Shown here: piece by piece, positions 1-7,168 of the stretch
Layout: every line of letters starts with the position of its first letter
How positions within the stretch are numbered: position 1 is the first letter of the stretch
DNA from: Escherichia phage finno
Direction: 5' to 3' (one strand)
DNA length: 64,000 bases
Sequence record: MN850619.1
The notes under the pieces: generated by a model
Told to the model about the DNA's origin: nothing
Databases searched by the model: none
Seen by the model: the letters and a program-made list of their open reading frames with translations, nothing else
Program-made: the position numbers and the translations under genes

Positions 1-225
1 TTTTGCATAGTCACTAGAAAGCTGCTTAAGGCTATAATTTAAAGGGATTGCATATTTAAAATCGTTACGCTGACAGTTAGGGTTTTTAATAGTCACGCCG
101 CCTTGATGGTCATCTGTAAACTTCCAATTATCAAGATTATGGCTTGCTTCGTAGCAATTTACCGCTTCATAGATAATGGTGAATTTTTCTTTTACAACTT
201 CAAAGGTAGCGTCTACAGTTTTCAT
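1..225 (-). CDS. hypothetical protein, N-terminal part only (gene runs off window start)
   Basis: ATG at 225 on minus strand preceded by GGAGA RBS at the end of a repeated intergenic cassette; frame stays open to position 1. Confidence 0.5.
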   Translation of the reverse strand, partial: MKTVDATFEVVKEKFTIIYEAVNCYEASHNLDNWKFTDDHQGGVTIKNPNCQRNDFKYAIPLNYSLKQLSSDYAK

Positions 226-230
226 TTTTG

Positions 231-318
231 AATCTCCAATTTAGGATTTAGTGGTAAAGCTCTTTATCTGGGGCTTAAGATATCAACTTTTAAGCCCCTT
301 GTAAAGTACTTTATTTGT
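231..318 (-). promoter_or_regulatory. intergenic promoter/stem-loop cassette, copy 1
   Basis: On minus strand reads TTTACA, then GGGGCTTA/TAAGCCCC hairpin, then GGAGA RBS and ATG; near-identical copies at 609-698 and 1079-1168. Confidence 0.5.
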
Positions 319-604
319 TATTTTTCAGCTTTGCATAACTTCTCATTGTACGAATGGGGGATGTTAAGGCTATGCGTCTAATATATGCCTTTTTCGTGTA
401 TACATTTGTCTTCCCGATAGTGCTTACACATGTAAAAAGGTTTATCGGTGAATTTTTTAGCTTCAACTGTTTATCAGCCTTCACGCCCCACCTTACAGCA
501 GATTGTTTTCCGTTGTCAACCACTTTCCCGCATAACTTTTTAGCCATAGCGCGAGCGTCATCACGAGTTTTTGCAGTAATTACAACGTTTTTGATAATAG
601 CCAT
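311..604 (-). CDS. hypothetical protein
   Basis: ORF track 311..619; start moved to ATG at 604 because the track start is a TTG inside the GGAGAA RBS. Confidence 0.55.
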   Translation of the reverse strand: MAIIKNVVITAKTRDDARAMAKKLCGKVVDNGKQSAVRWGVKADKQLKLKNSPINLFTCVSTIGKTNVYTKKAYIRRIALTSPIRTMRSYAKLKNNK

Positions 605-608
605 TTTT

Positions 609-698
609 AAGTTCTCCAATTTAGGATTTAGTGGTAAAGCTCTTTATCTGGGGCTTACTTTATCGAACTATAAGCCCCTTGTAAAGTACTTTATTCGT
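609..698 (-). promoter_or_regulatory. intergenic promoter/stem-loop cassette, copy 2
   Basis: Minus strand TTTACA-AGGGGCTTATAGTTCGA-TAAAGT gives -35/-10-like boxes with 17 nt spacing around a GGGGCTTA/TAAGCCCC hairpin, followed by RBS. Confidence 0.5.
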
Positions 699-1074
699 TA
701 ATTTTGAAGATTGTTACATAACCATCGCTCCCGATGATTTGCGATACCCCAGCTTTTTCTACTTTATAGCCCATATTTTCAAGATGATAAACAGCATCAT
801 CATAACCATATGCGCCACCCTGATAACGTCGCTTATCGCATTTTATCAGGTTTTTACCACGTCCAGCAAGTGCATTCAGTACAGCTTTTTCACTTGATAG
901 CGTACCATCTAACATGGTTGCCGTGTAATGGTTGATTCTATTCCCGTTTACATCATACTTAAAATTGAATGCGTGAACAACAATAATGTTGCCTTTAAAA
1001 TTCTCATCAAGTGACTTCTCCAGTACTTTGCGAAAGTTGTCTTTGTTGATGAATTTCGGTGCACGATAAGCCAT
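691..1074 (-). CDS. hypothetical protein
   Basis: 127 aa ORF with AGGAGA RBS 7 nt upstream of ATG; flanked by repeat cassettes. Confidence 0.6.
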   Translation of the reverse strand: MAYRAPKFINKDNFRKVLEKSLDENFKGNIIVVHAFNFKYDVNGNRINHYTATMLDGTLSSEKAVLNALAGRGKNLIKCDKRRYQGGAYGYDDAVYHLENMGYKVEKAGVSQIIGSDGYVTIFKINE

Positions 1075-1078
1075 TTTT

Positions 1079-1168
1079 GAATCTCCTAGTTTAAGGTTAG
1101 TTAGTAAAGCTCTTTATCTGGGGCTTACTTTATCGAACTATAAGCCCCTTGTAAAGTACTTTATTTAT
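1079..1168 (-). promoter_or_regulatory. intergenic promoter/stem-loop cassette, copy 3
   Basis: Almost identical to copy 2 over the hairpin and TTTACA box. Confidence 0.5.
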
Positions 1169-1367
1169 CGTAGTAATAAATTGCTGTCTGTCTTGTAAAC
1201 TTCTTAGTATTTCTTGTCAGATAGCAATTAGAATTAATAGCCGTTTCTACATAGTTGCAATAGTCAGCTTCTGATATTCTGGACCACACGCCACAGATTT
1301 GCATGTAAAAACGTTTTGCCTTTGTGTTAATGTTAGTTGTAACCATCAATTCGCGACTGTACAGCAT
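1161..1367 (-). CDS. hypothetical small protein
   Basis: 68 aa ORF; GGAGA RBS upstream of ATG at 1367. Confidence 0.5.
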   Translation of the reverse strand: MLYSRELMVTTNINTKAKRFYMQICGVWSRISEADYCNYVETAINSNCYLTRNTKKFTRQTAIYYYDK

Positions 1368-1463
1368 TTTTAGATTCTCCAGTTTAGGAAGTGGGCTTGA
1401 TTGCCCGTCTGATGCAAATATTAGATAACCATACTCAAAGAGTCAATAGAAATTTTAAAAATA

Positions 1464-1476
1464 TTTTTTTTTTTTT
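1464..1476. repeat. T13 homopolymer tract (A13 on minus strand)
   Basis: Counted directly in sequence at 1464-1476 inside a non-coding region. Confidence 0.9.
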
Positions 1477-1627
1477 GCAAAATTGTAATGAAACGGGTGC
1501 GCGCGACTACCACAAAACAGAACTACAATCAAGAATTATTTTTCAATCCGCTACAAATTTTTCTGTTGACTTTTATTTCCAGATGTGGTAGCCTTGTGAG
1601 AAATAGCGACATCCCCACCTACACCCA

Positions 1628-1775
1628 CCTACCTGCACAATTCTAAAATGATTTTTCTTGCCCGACCTGATTTTTCTCTGCACGTTTTGAAAATGATTTT
1701 TCTATCCGGCGATGAGATTTTTTGGGATATCTGTACAGACCCCTCCAGATACCTGCACAAATTGAAAATGAAAAA
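1628..1775. repeat. three iteron-like direct repeats, core CTGCAC(A/G)nnTnnAAAATGA
   Basis: Copies at about 1628-1656, 1675-1701 and 1747-1775; GATTTTTCT also occurs three times between them. Confidence 0.7.
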
Positions 1776-1816
1776 GGCCGCCTTACCTTAAATTTTTCAA
1801 TGGGTTAGGCAGCCTT
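1766..1816 (-). terminator. rho-independent terminator candidate after macro-domain gene
   Basis: Imperfect hairpin AAGGCCGCC...GGCAGCCTT followed on minus strand by TTTTTCATTTTC; same stem as the hairpin at 5945-5964. Confidence 0.45.
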
Positions 1817-1849
1817 CTTAGATGATTTGTAGATACTGTGAAGTACTAA

Positions 1850-2629
1850 TCAGCTTATGAATTTGAACTTTTTAGAATACATCAAGTAGTGAACTTCATC
1901 CTGATTTGTTGTGTAGATGTACGCTGCTGGGTAGTTATCAAAGAACACCCCTTCATATCTTCCAAACGGGTCAACTGGGAACATTTCACTGTTACACATA
2001 CCCATCTCACTAACCAGAGGGTAACTAACCTCAACCTTGCCATCAACAAGCTGATAGAGGGTAACTTGATTAGTCTTCCCGTCACTTAGCACGACACCAT
2101 CATAGAATTGTGGTGCTGAGGTAGCATACTTAGGGGTAACTACACTTGCCATTGCTTCATCATAGACGTATAGGTACACATCAACGTTATACATAACACT
2201 ATTAATGAGGCTTTTCACAGCTTGTGCATCTAAACCACCTATACCTGCCCCAATCATGGGTAAACCAATCTTACGAATGTTGTGCAGCCAGCAAAATTTA
2301 CGGAGTTTTTCTAGTGACTCCACTAAGTATCGGTATGATGCACACTTCCCAACATCCAACTGTGTATATAGGTTAAAAATGTAACCATACTCCGTTCGAG
2401 CATGTGACACCTCACCAACCATCTGGTATCCGATATCATGAGCACTGTAGCCAAACTTTTTATGGAATTTCCGGTCAGCTTCTTCAGCTTTTGGGAAAAT
2501 CTTAGCAATTTTTTGAGCGATTCCAGCACCCATGAGGTTACGACAGTTGCAACCATGAGCAATTAACTCAATATCTGTGTTTTTGAAGGCAGCCAGTAAG
2601 TTACCTTTCACAACTTTTACAATACCCAT
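1850..2629 (-). CDS. macro-domain (ADP-ribose binding/hydrolase-like) protein with about 100 aa C-terminal extension
   Basis: Motifs VKVVKGNLL...IAHGCNCRNLMGAGIAQKI and IGLPMIGAGIGGLD resemble macro-domain signatures such as E. coli YmdB (recalled from memory). Confidence 0.6.
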   Translation of the reverse strand: MGIVKVVKGNLLAAFKNTDIELIAHGCNCRNLMGAGIAQKIAKIFPKAEEADRKFHKKFGYSAHDIGYQMVGEVSHARTEYGYIFNLYTQLDVGKCASYRYLVESLEKLRKFCWLHNIRKIGLPMIGAGIGGLDAQAVKSLINSVMYNVDVYLYVYDEAMASVVTPKYATSAPQFYDGVVLSDGKTNQVTLYQLVDGKVEVSYPLVSEMGMCNSEMFPVDPFGRYEGVFFDNYPAAYIYTTNQDEVHYLMYSKKFKFIS

Positions 2630-2830
2630 TTAACATCTCTCCCAAGATTCTTTATCTTCTGAAGGTTTTACACGTTGCCCCTCATGGTCTACCCAGATGC
2701 ACCCACAACCTTCACAGATTACTGGCATTGCATAGCCAGCTTTAAAGTCATCTTCAGTGATAAGACCTTTTAAGTCACCTGTATCACGTCCGAACATTTC
2801 GATAGAACAGTCTTTACAGAAGTCAGCCAT
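2630..2830 (-). CDS. small zinc-ribbon protein (CxxC...CxGC)
   Basis: Start moved to internal ATG at 2830 (MADFCKDC) with AGAGG RBS; avoids 86 nt overlap with upstream gene. Confidence 0.5.
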   Translation of the reverse strand: MADFCKDCSIEMFGRDTGDLKGLITEDDFKAGYAMPVICEGCGCIWVDHEGQRVKPSEDKESWERC

Positions 2831-3050
2831 GAATAATTGCCTCTTGAATGATGATACCTTTACCACAACGGCTTTTAAAGCCTTCCAATGGTTCAGAGAT
2901 GAAGCCACGTAAGCAGTCAGTGAATACTAAGTTCTTCCTGTAAGCTATCACATCATTTGCTGTAAATGGGATGACCTCATTTCGTCCAATGAACACTGCT
3001 GACCTGATAAGTTTTCGTGTCTTTTTATCTCTGGCTAGTATTACTTTCAT
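2823..3050 (-). CDS. hypothetical protein
   Basis: 75 aa ORF in co-directional tightly packed block. Confidence 0.45.
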   Translation of the reverse strand: MKVILARDKKTRKLIRSAVFIGRNEVIPFTANDVIAYRKNLVFTDCLRGFISEPLEGFKSRCGKGIIIQEAIIHG

Positions 3051-3351
3051 AGTTTACCTTCTCAGTTAGCTCATATAAGTCAACATGCTCAATACTGTCA
3101 ATGTTGATATCAATCTTTTTGAAACGCTCCATCACTTCGTTATCAGTCATCCATATCAGACACCAATGATTCTGGATGGATTCTTCAAGAAGGTCAACAC
3201 AATCTTTAAAAGTTTTTGTATCACTTCTTGTTCCTACTACTGCGATTGTTCCATATAGCCACTTACCATTGCCATAAGATACTTGTGCTACGCCAACTTC
3301 TTTACCTTTCTCATAGTAAACGGCTACAAAGTCTCTTCCATTAATCTGCAT
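3025..3351 (-). CDS. hypothetical protein
   Basis: 108 aa ORF. Confidence 0.5.
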   Translation of the reverse strand: MQINGRDFVAVYYEKGKEVGVAQVSYGNGKWLYGTIAVVGTRSDTKTFKDCVDLLEESIQNHWCLIWMTDNEVMERFKKIDINIDSIEHVDLYELTEKVNYESNTSQR

Positions 3352-3353
3352 AG

Positions 3354-3623
3354 TTACTTCCTCGTTTTAAGAATTGCTAAGATTTCTTTAGAGTCTGGTA
3401 AGAACCATGTGTAGTGATTCTCTTTGATTTCTGGATGAGTGTCAACCTTTATTTTGCAGTCTTTACCAACATGCTTAAGTTGTGCTGTGACACCTTGCAT
3501 AAGGATATGACACATCACATTATCCATAATGGTTGGTATGAAGTCAATTCGCATATAAGTTTCTTTTGGTCGCGGTAACAGTAAGTACCCCTCTACATAG
3601 AAAGTATCTTGATTCTCTGTCAT
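3354..3623 (-). CDS. hypothetical protein
   Basis: 89 aa ORF. Confidence 0.5.
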   Translation of the reverse strand: MTENQDTFYVEGYLLLPRPKETYMRIDFIPTIMDNVMCHILMQGVTAQLKHVGKDCKIKVDTHPEIKENHYTWFLPDSKEILAILKTRK

Positions 3624-3889
3624 TGCTGCTTATTCCCTAATAAAATCATGTCAATAAGGTTGTTAGCTTTGATTGTGCACTGGTAAAAGCCGTCACGATA
3701 GAACTCAAGGGCTGCTGCTACATCACTGCCTGTGTTGCCTTTGATGATATACCGTGATTCTTCTTGAGTGTACTTATCACTCTCACTTACTTGGGAGTTT
3801 TTGAATGTACTGCTCACTTTGTTCGTTGAACACCCTGACATAGTTATCAGTAACACAAACATTATAAAACTCTGGCTTAGTTTTTTCAT
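3620..3889 (-). CDS. putative lipoprotein (possible o-spanin)
   Basis: N-terminus MKKLSQSFIMFVLLITMSGC has signal peptide with lipobox-like Cys; start lies inside the upstream membrane-protein gene in another frame. Confidence 0.4.
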   Translation of the reverse strand: MKKLSQSFIMFVLLITMSGCSTNKVSSTFKNSQVSESDKYTQEESRYIIKGNTGSDVAAALEFYRDGFYQCTIKANNLIDMILLGNKQQ

Positions 3890-4130
3890 ATGTTAGTACC
3901 TCTTTTGTATGCTTATTCTTAGCAAGCACATCTTTCAAATCATTTTTGTAATTGGTGCTCAGTGTGACTAATCCTTCCTGATAAGCATCTTTAGCAACAC
4001 TTATGAGCTTTTGATTATTTAGCTCAGTTTCAGCAACTTGATAGTCTCTGTAAGAGTATCCTCCCCAGACACCTGCCCCAACTAAGAAAACAATTATGAA
4101 AGTAGCTTGACAGAACTCTTTAAATGTCAT
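3783..4130 (-). CDS. membrane protein with N-terminal TM helix (possible i-spanin)
   Basis: Hydrophobic segment ATFIIVFLVGAGVWGG then a charged region; the lipoprotein ORF is embedded at its 3' end. Confidence 0.4.
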   Translation of the reverse strand: MTFKEFCQATFIIVFLVGAGVWGGYSYRDYQVAETELNNQKLISVAKDAYQEGLVTLSTNYKNDLKDVLAKNKHTKEVLTYEKTKPEFYNVCVTDNYVRVFNEQSEQYIQKLPSK

Positions 4131-4144
4131 TTAACAATCTCCTG

Positions 4145-4172
4145 AAAATGAAAAAGGCTCCCGAAGGAGCCT
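4145..4172 (-). terminator. rho-independent terminator
   Basis: GGCTCC-CGAA-GGAGCC hairpin followed on minus strand by TTTTTCATTTTC. Confidence 0.7.
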
Positions 4173-4183
4173 GTATCTTAACC

Positions 4184-4648
4184 TTAACCGAGGACTTTAG
4201 CAAGGACATTTGCAGCCATCGAAGAAGCTTTTGCAGCAGCAGCTACCCCAGCTTTGACAGTGCTATCCTTGATAGCAGATACCGTTGCAGCATCAGTAAA
4301 GAGATAAGTAGTTGTTTTAGAACCACTTGTAAAGGAAAGCATGAGAGCAGTTTCCAGATTGAAAGAGCGATACGGAGCACCTTCTTTAACGATACCTTCA
4401 GCACCTAATTCTGAAGCCATCCCCATATCATAGATGGTCATCAGGTTTTCTTTGTGTGCTGTCGTTGAGCCAGAACCTTTTACGTGTTTCTTAACATTCA
4501 AAAGAGCACGATACTCTCGGATGTTGCCGTCTGCTTTTACATTGACAGCACGGAAGATTTTACCCTCAAAGTTGCTCTTGATAATGTTACGAACTACTTC
4601 AGATTTGTTTGCCGTAACGTCCAGTGCTACCGTAATGATATTGTTCAT
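4184..4648 (-). CDS. hypothetical protein
   Basis: 154 aa ORF. Confidence 0.55.
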   Translation of the reverse strand: MNNIITVALDVTANKSEVVRNIIKSNFEGKIFRAVNVKADGNIREYRALLNVKKHVKGSGSTTAHKENLMTIYDMGMASELGAEGIVKEGAPYRSFNLETALMLSFTSGSKTTTYLFTDAATVSAIKDSTVKAGVAAAAKASSMAANVLAKVLG

Positions 4649-4657
4649 AAGTTTCTC

Positions 4658-5353
4658 TCAATGTTTAACTAACATGGTTTTGATGTGTGGAAGGATTCTG
4701 TTCACCTTCTGCACATTCTTCTCTGTATCTTCTATAAAACATACTATATTAAAGTAAGGCAGAATGCAAGACTGAATCATCCTCACTTTCAAACTTTCTG
4801 CACTTATAGAGTTAGTACCAAAACCACGCATAAAAAGCATGTAGTCATGCTCTGTGTTATGTCTTAAAAACATCTCAGTAGGTATTCTCTGAGATTCGCC
4901 TCTCGCTGTCAAGAGTCCAACAGCAGCATGATTAGCAATTGCATCAATGATATTGAAAACATACGTTGGTTTTGCTCTTACAGAGTCAAGAAGATTAGTG
5001 TACTGCGAAAATGAACCATCAGTCAATTCCGTTGAACAATCTTCGTGATTAAAATTTGTAAGAACTCCATCAATATCTGCTAAGATAAGATTACCTTTCT
5101 CTACAAGGTCTTTATTGACTATGACTAAACTATCACGTTTTACACCTATGGATTGTCCAGTCTCTTTGTCCACAACGTTCACAATTGGTTCTGATGTGTG
5201 GAACTCTTCAAGTGAACATACAACTTCTCTTGCGGTGTCTTCAAAATCCCTGCACTGTTCTGGAGTCCATACACAGGAATCAAGACCTAGCTCATGAGGG
5301 TGCAAGTCATAAGCATGGCACAATACTTCATCAGACTTTCTTAATTTTTTCAT
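4658..5353 (-). CDS. hypothetical protein, possible HAD-like phosphatase/nucleotidase
   Basis: DIDGVL, LLTARGE and FIEDT resemble HAD motifs I, II and IV, but motif I is unusually far from the N-terminus. Confidence 0.3.
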   Translation of the reverse strand: MKKLRKSDEVLCHAYDLHPHELGLDSCVWTPEQCRDFEDTAREVVCSLEEFHTSEPIVNVVDKETGQSIGVKRDSLVIVNKDLVEKGNLILADIDGVLTNFNHEDCSTELTDGSFSQYTNLLDSVRAKPTYVFNIIDAIANHAAVGLLTARGESQRIPTEMFLRHNTEHDYMLFMRGFGTNSISAESLKVRMIQSCILPYFNIVCFIEDTEKNVQKVNRILPHIKTMLVKH

Positions 5354-5879
5354 GGTTTACCTTAGAAATGTTTGTTGCAAATTCACATTGAGCGATTACT
5401 TTCATATTGTTATAGACATCTTGAGAATATTTCTTAGCTTTAGGGATTCTGTACGAATACCCAGCATTATATGATGCTAAAACTTTTTGTAAAGTCTTCT
5501 TTGACTTTGGCTGACCATGCACCTTTGTCCAAAACTCAAGCTCTTTGTGAGTTTCCTTAGCAGCATAGTCAAAGTCTTTTAAGAGTTTCTTTTTAGCCAC
5601 ATTAGGACTGATTTTGTTACGCTTTACAACAGTCTTCAAGTGATTCTGGAAAATACCATAATCATGCGTCTTTTTATTCTCTACCTTCAGACCTAACTCT
5701 GACTCTTGTAAGGCTATAGCAGCTAGAGTGATACCCCAACCTTTACCCATGTTATTCTCACCATACTGGTAAGCTTTTAACATGTTTACTTTTTGGCTAA
5801 TTGATAGCTCTGGGCAGTCAACTGCATAAGATAAGTGTGCTGTAAACATTAAGCACAAACCTAGAATCAATTTCTTCAT
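5331..5879 (-). CDS. secreted protein with SLT-like motif (possible lytic transglycosylase)
   Basis: Signal peptide MKKLILGLCLMFTAHLSYA; AIALQESELG resembles the lytic transglycosylase catalytic Glu-Ser motif. Confidence 0.4.
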   Translation of the reverse strand: MKKLILGLCLMFTAHLSYAVDCPELSISQKVNMLKAYQYGENNMGKGWGITLAAIALQESELGLKVENKKTHDYGIFQNHLKTVVKRNKISPNVAKKKLLKDFDYAAKETHKELEFWTKVHGQPKSKKTLQKVLASYNAGYSYRIPKAKKYSQDVYNNMKVIAQCEFATNISKVNHEKIKKV

Positions 5880-5935
5880 TGGTTCTCCTGTTTAGTTTAT
5901 CGTGACAACAATTATACAGCACTCTGCACAAAATA

Positions 5936-5968
5936 CAAATAAAAAAGGCCGCCGAAGCAGCCTTTTAA
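5936..5968 (-). terminator. rho-independent terminator after rIIB-like gene
   Basis: AAGGCCGCC-GAA-GCAGCCTT hairpin flanked by A-run and T-run. Confidence 0.65.
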
Positions 5969-5979
5969 GAAATTACTTA

Positions 5980-7089
5980 TTAGATTTCACGTTTACGTTG
6001 GGAGATAAGTTCTCCAGCAGTGCCAACGATGACATGCAAAGCTTCAGTCTTACCATCCCATTCTTTCAGCACTTTACGTTGATTATCAACGATTGCTGCA
6101 ACTTCATAACGAGACGAACGCATCTTCATATCGTTGTAATCAGTTGGAACAGATACAACATCTCGTGGATGGACACGAACCTTCAGGATTGTATCACCTG
6201 AGAAGCAACGAACGTAATCCCAAGCACCAACATGAAGACCTTGAGAGCAAGTTACGTTACGGTTATTATCAACCATCCAACGTGGCATCTCTACAATGTT
6301 ACCCAAATCATTAGGTACTCTGTATGTGTGGGAGTCAACCAGCTTACCTTCACGAGTAGATACTTTCTTCCAACCAATGATGTAGCCTTCTTCATCGATT
6401 TCAACATCAAGGTGGGATACGAAGCCCCAAAGTTGTTCTACAGAGTCTTTAGATGGGTTTTCCATCAGTTTTTCGAAGAACATTACAAGGCGTTCAAAAC
6501 CCTTATCTCCAGTCTTCATCATGTGAAGAATACGGTCAACCAGAGTAGAACGCATCTCAACAGCACCGTAGAATAACTTATCCCCTTTGATGGTGATAGC
6601 GCCCTGAGTGAAGTTTTCGATAGACTTACGAATGTTCATCAGTTCGAAAGCTTTCTTATACTCACCGGATACAACAGCCATCACGATTTCTTTGTAGTTC
6701 GGATGGGTAGATTCAACGATTTCAGAATCTGCACCGAAAGTCATGATAACAGAGTCACCAGTAATCATGTACTCAATCTGGTTGCCATTCTGCATAGCTT
6801 CATGCAGTTTATTTACCGGAGCTTTCTGTACATCCTCTTTAACAGCCTTTTTAACTGGCTTGTCAGCTTTCTTCTTAAAGGTCTTAGCAACTTGCTTTAA
6901 AGTCTTCGTAGCCGGTGTAGAAGTTGCCTTTTTATTCCCTTTTAAGGTTGCTTCATGACGCTCTACAGCACGACCGACTGAACGGGTTGAGGTGTTAAAT
7001 TTCTGTGCAATAGCTGTTTTAGTCAGCTTGCCCTCTTTAACCAGTTTGTAAATTTCTGCGTCAATCTGTGCTTTAGTTTTAGTAGTCAT
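5980..7089 (-). CDS. rIIB: rIIB-like protein
   Basis: Directly downstream of rIIA-like gene; C-terminal KVRVHPRDVVSVPTDYNDMKMR matches T4 rIIB as recalled from memory. Confidence 0.7.
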   Translation of the reverse strand: MTTKTKAQIDAEIYKLVKEGKLTKTAIAQKFNTSTRSVGRAVERHEATLKGNKKATSTPATKTLKQVAKTFKKKADKPVKKAVKEDVQKAPVNKLHEAMQNGNQIEYMITGDSVIMTFGADSEIVESTHPNYKEIVMAVVSGEYKKAFELMNIRKSIENFTQGAITIKGDKLFYGAVEMRSTLVDRILHMMKTGDKGFERLVMFFEKLMENPSKDSVEQLWGFVSHLDVEIDEEGYIIGWKKVSTREGKLVDSHTYRVPNDLGNIVEMPRWMVDNNRNVTCSQGLHVGAWDYVRCFSGDTILKVRVHPRDVVSVPTDYNDMKMRSSRYEVAAIVDNQRKVLKEWDGKTEALHVIVGTAGELISQRKREI

Positions 7090-7133
7090 CTTATTACTCT
7101 CTCTTTTTAGTTAATAACTCATTTTGTGAGGCT

Positions 7134-7163
7134 ATTATAAGGGGCTTCAAAGCCCCTTGTCAA
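7134..7163 (-). promoter_or_regulatory. sigma70-type promoter with hairpin in the spacer
   Basis: Minus strand reads TTGACA, 18 nt spacer AGGGGCTTTGAAGCCCCT, TATAAT; about 40 nt upstream of the rIIB-like start. Confidence 0.6.
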
Positions 7164-7168
7164 GCACT

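Noticed and set aside
354-701. 115 aa plus-strand ORF across the first repeat cassette and neighbouring gene
   Set aside because: Antisense to a well-supported minus-strand gene and spans an intergenic repeat; no RBS; likely an artefact of AT-rich sequence. The same applies to other antisense track ORFs such as 1391..1591, 6232..6576, 10207..10734, 33446..33850 and 58665..59063.
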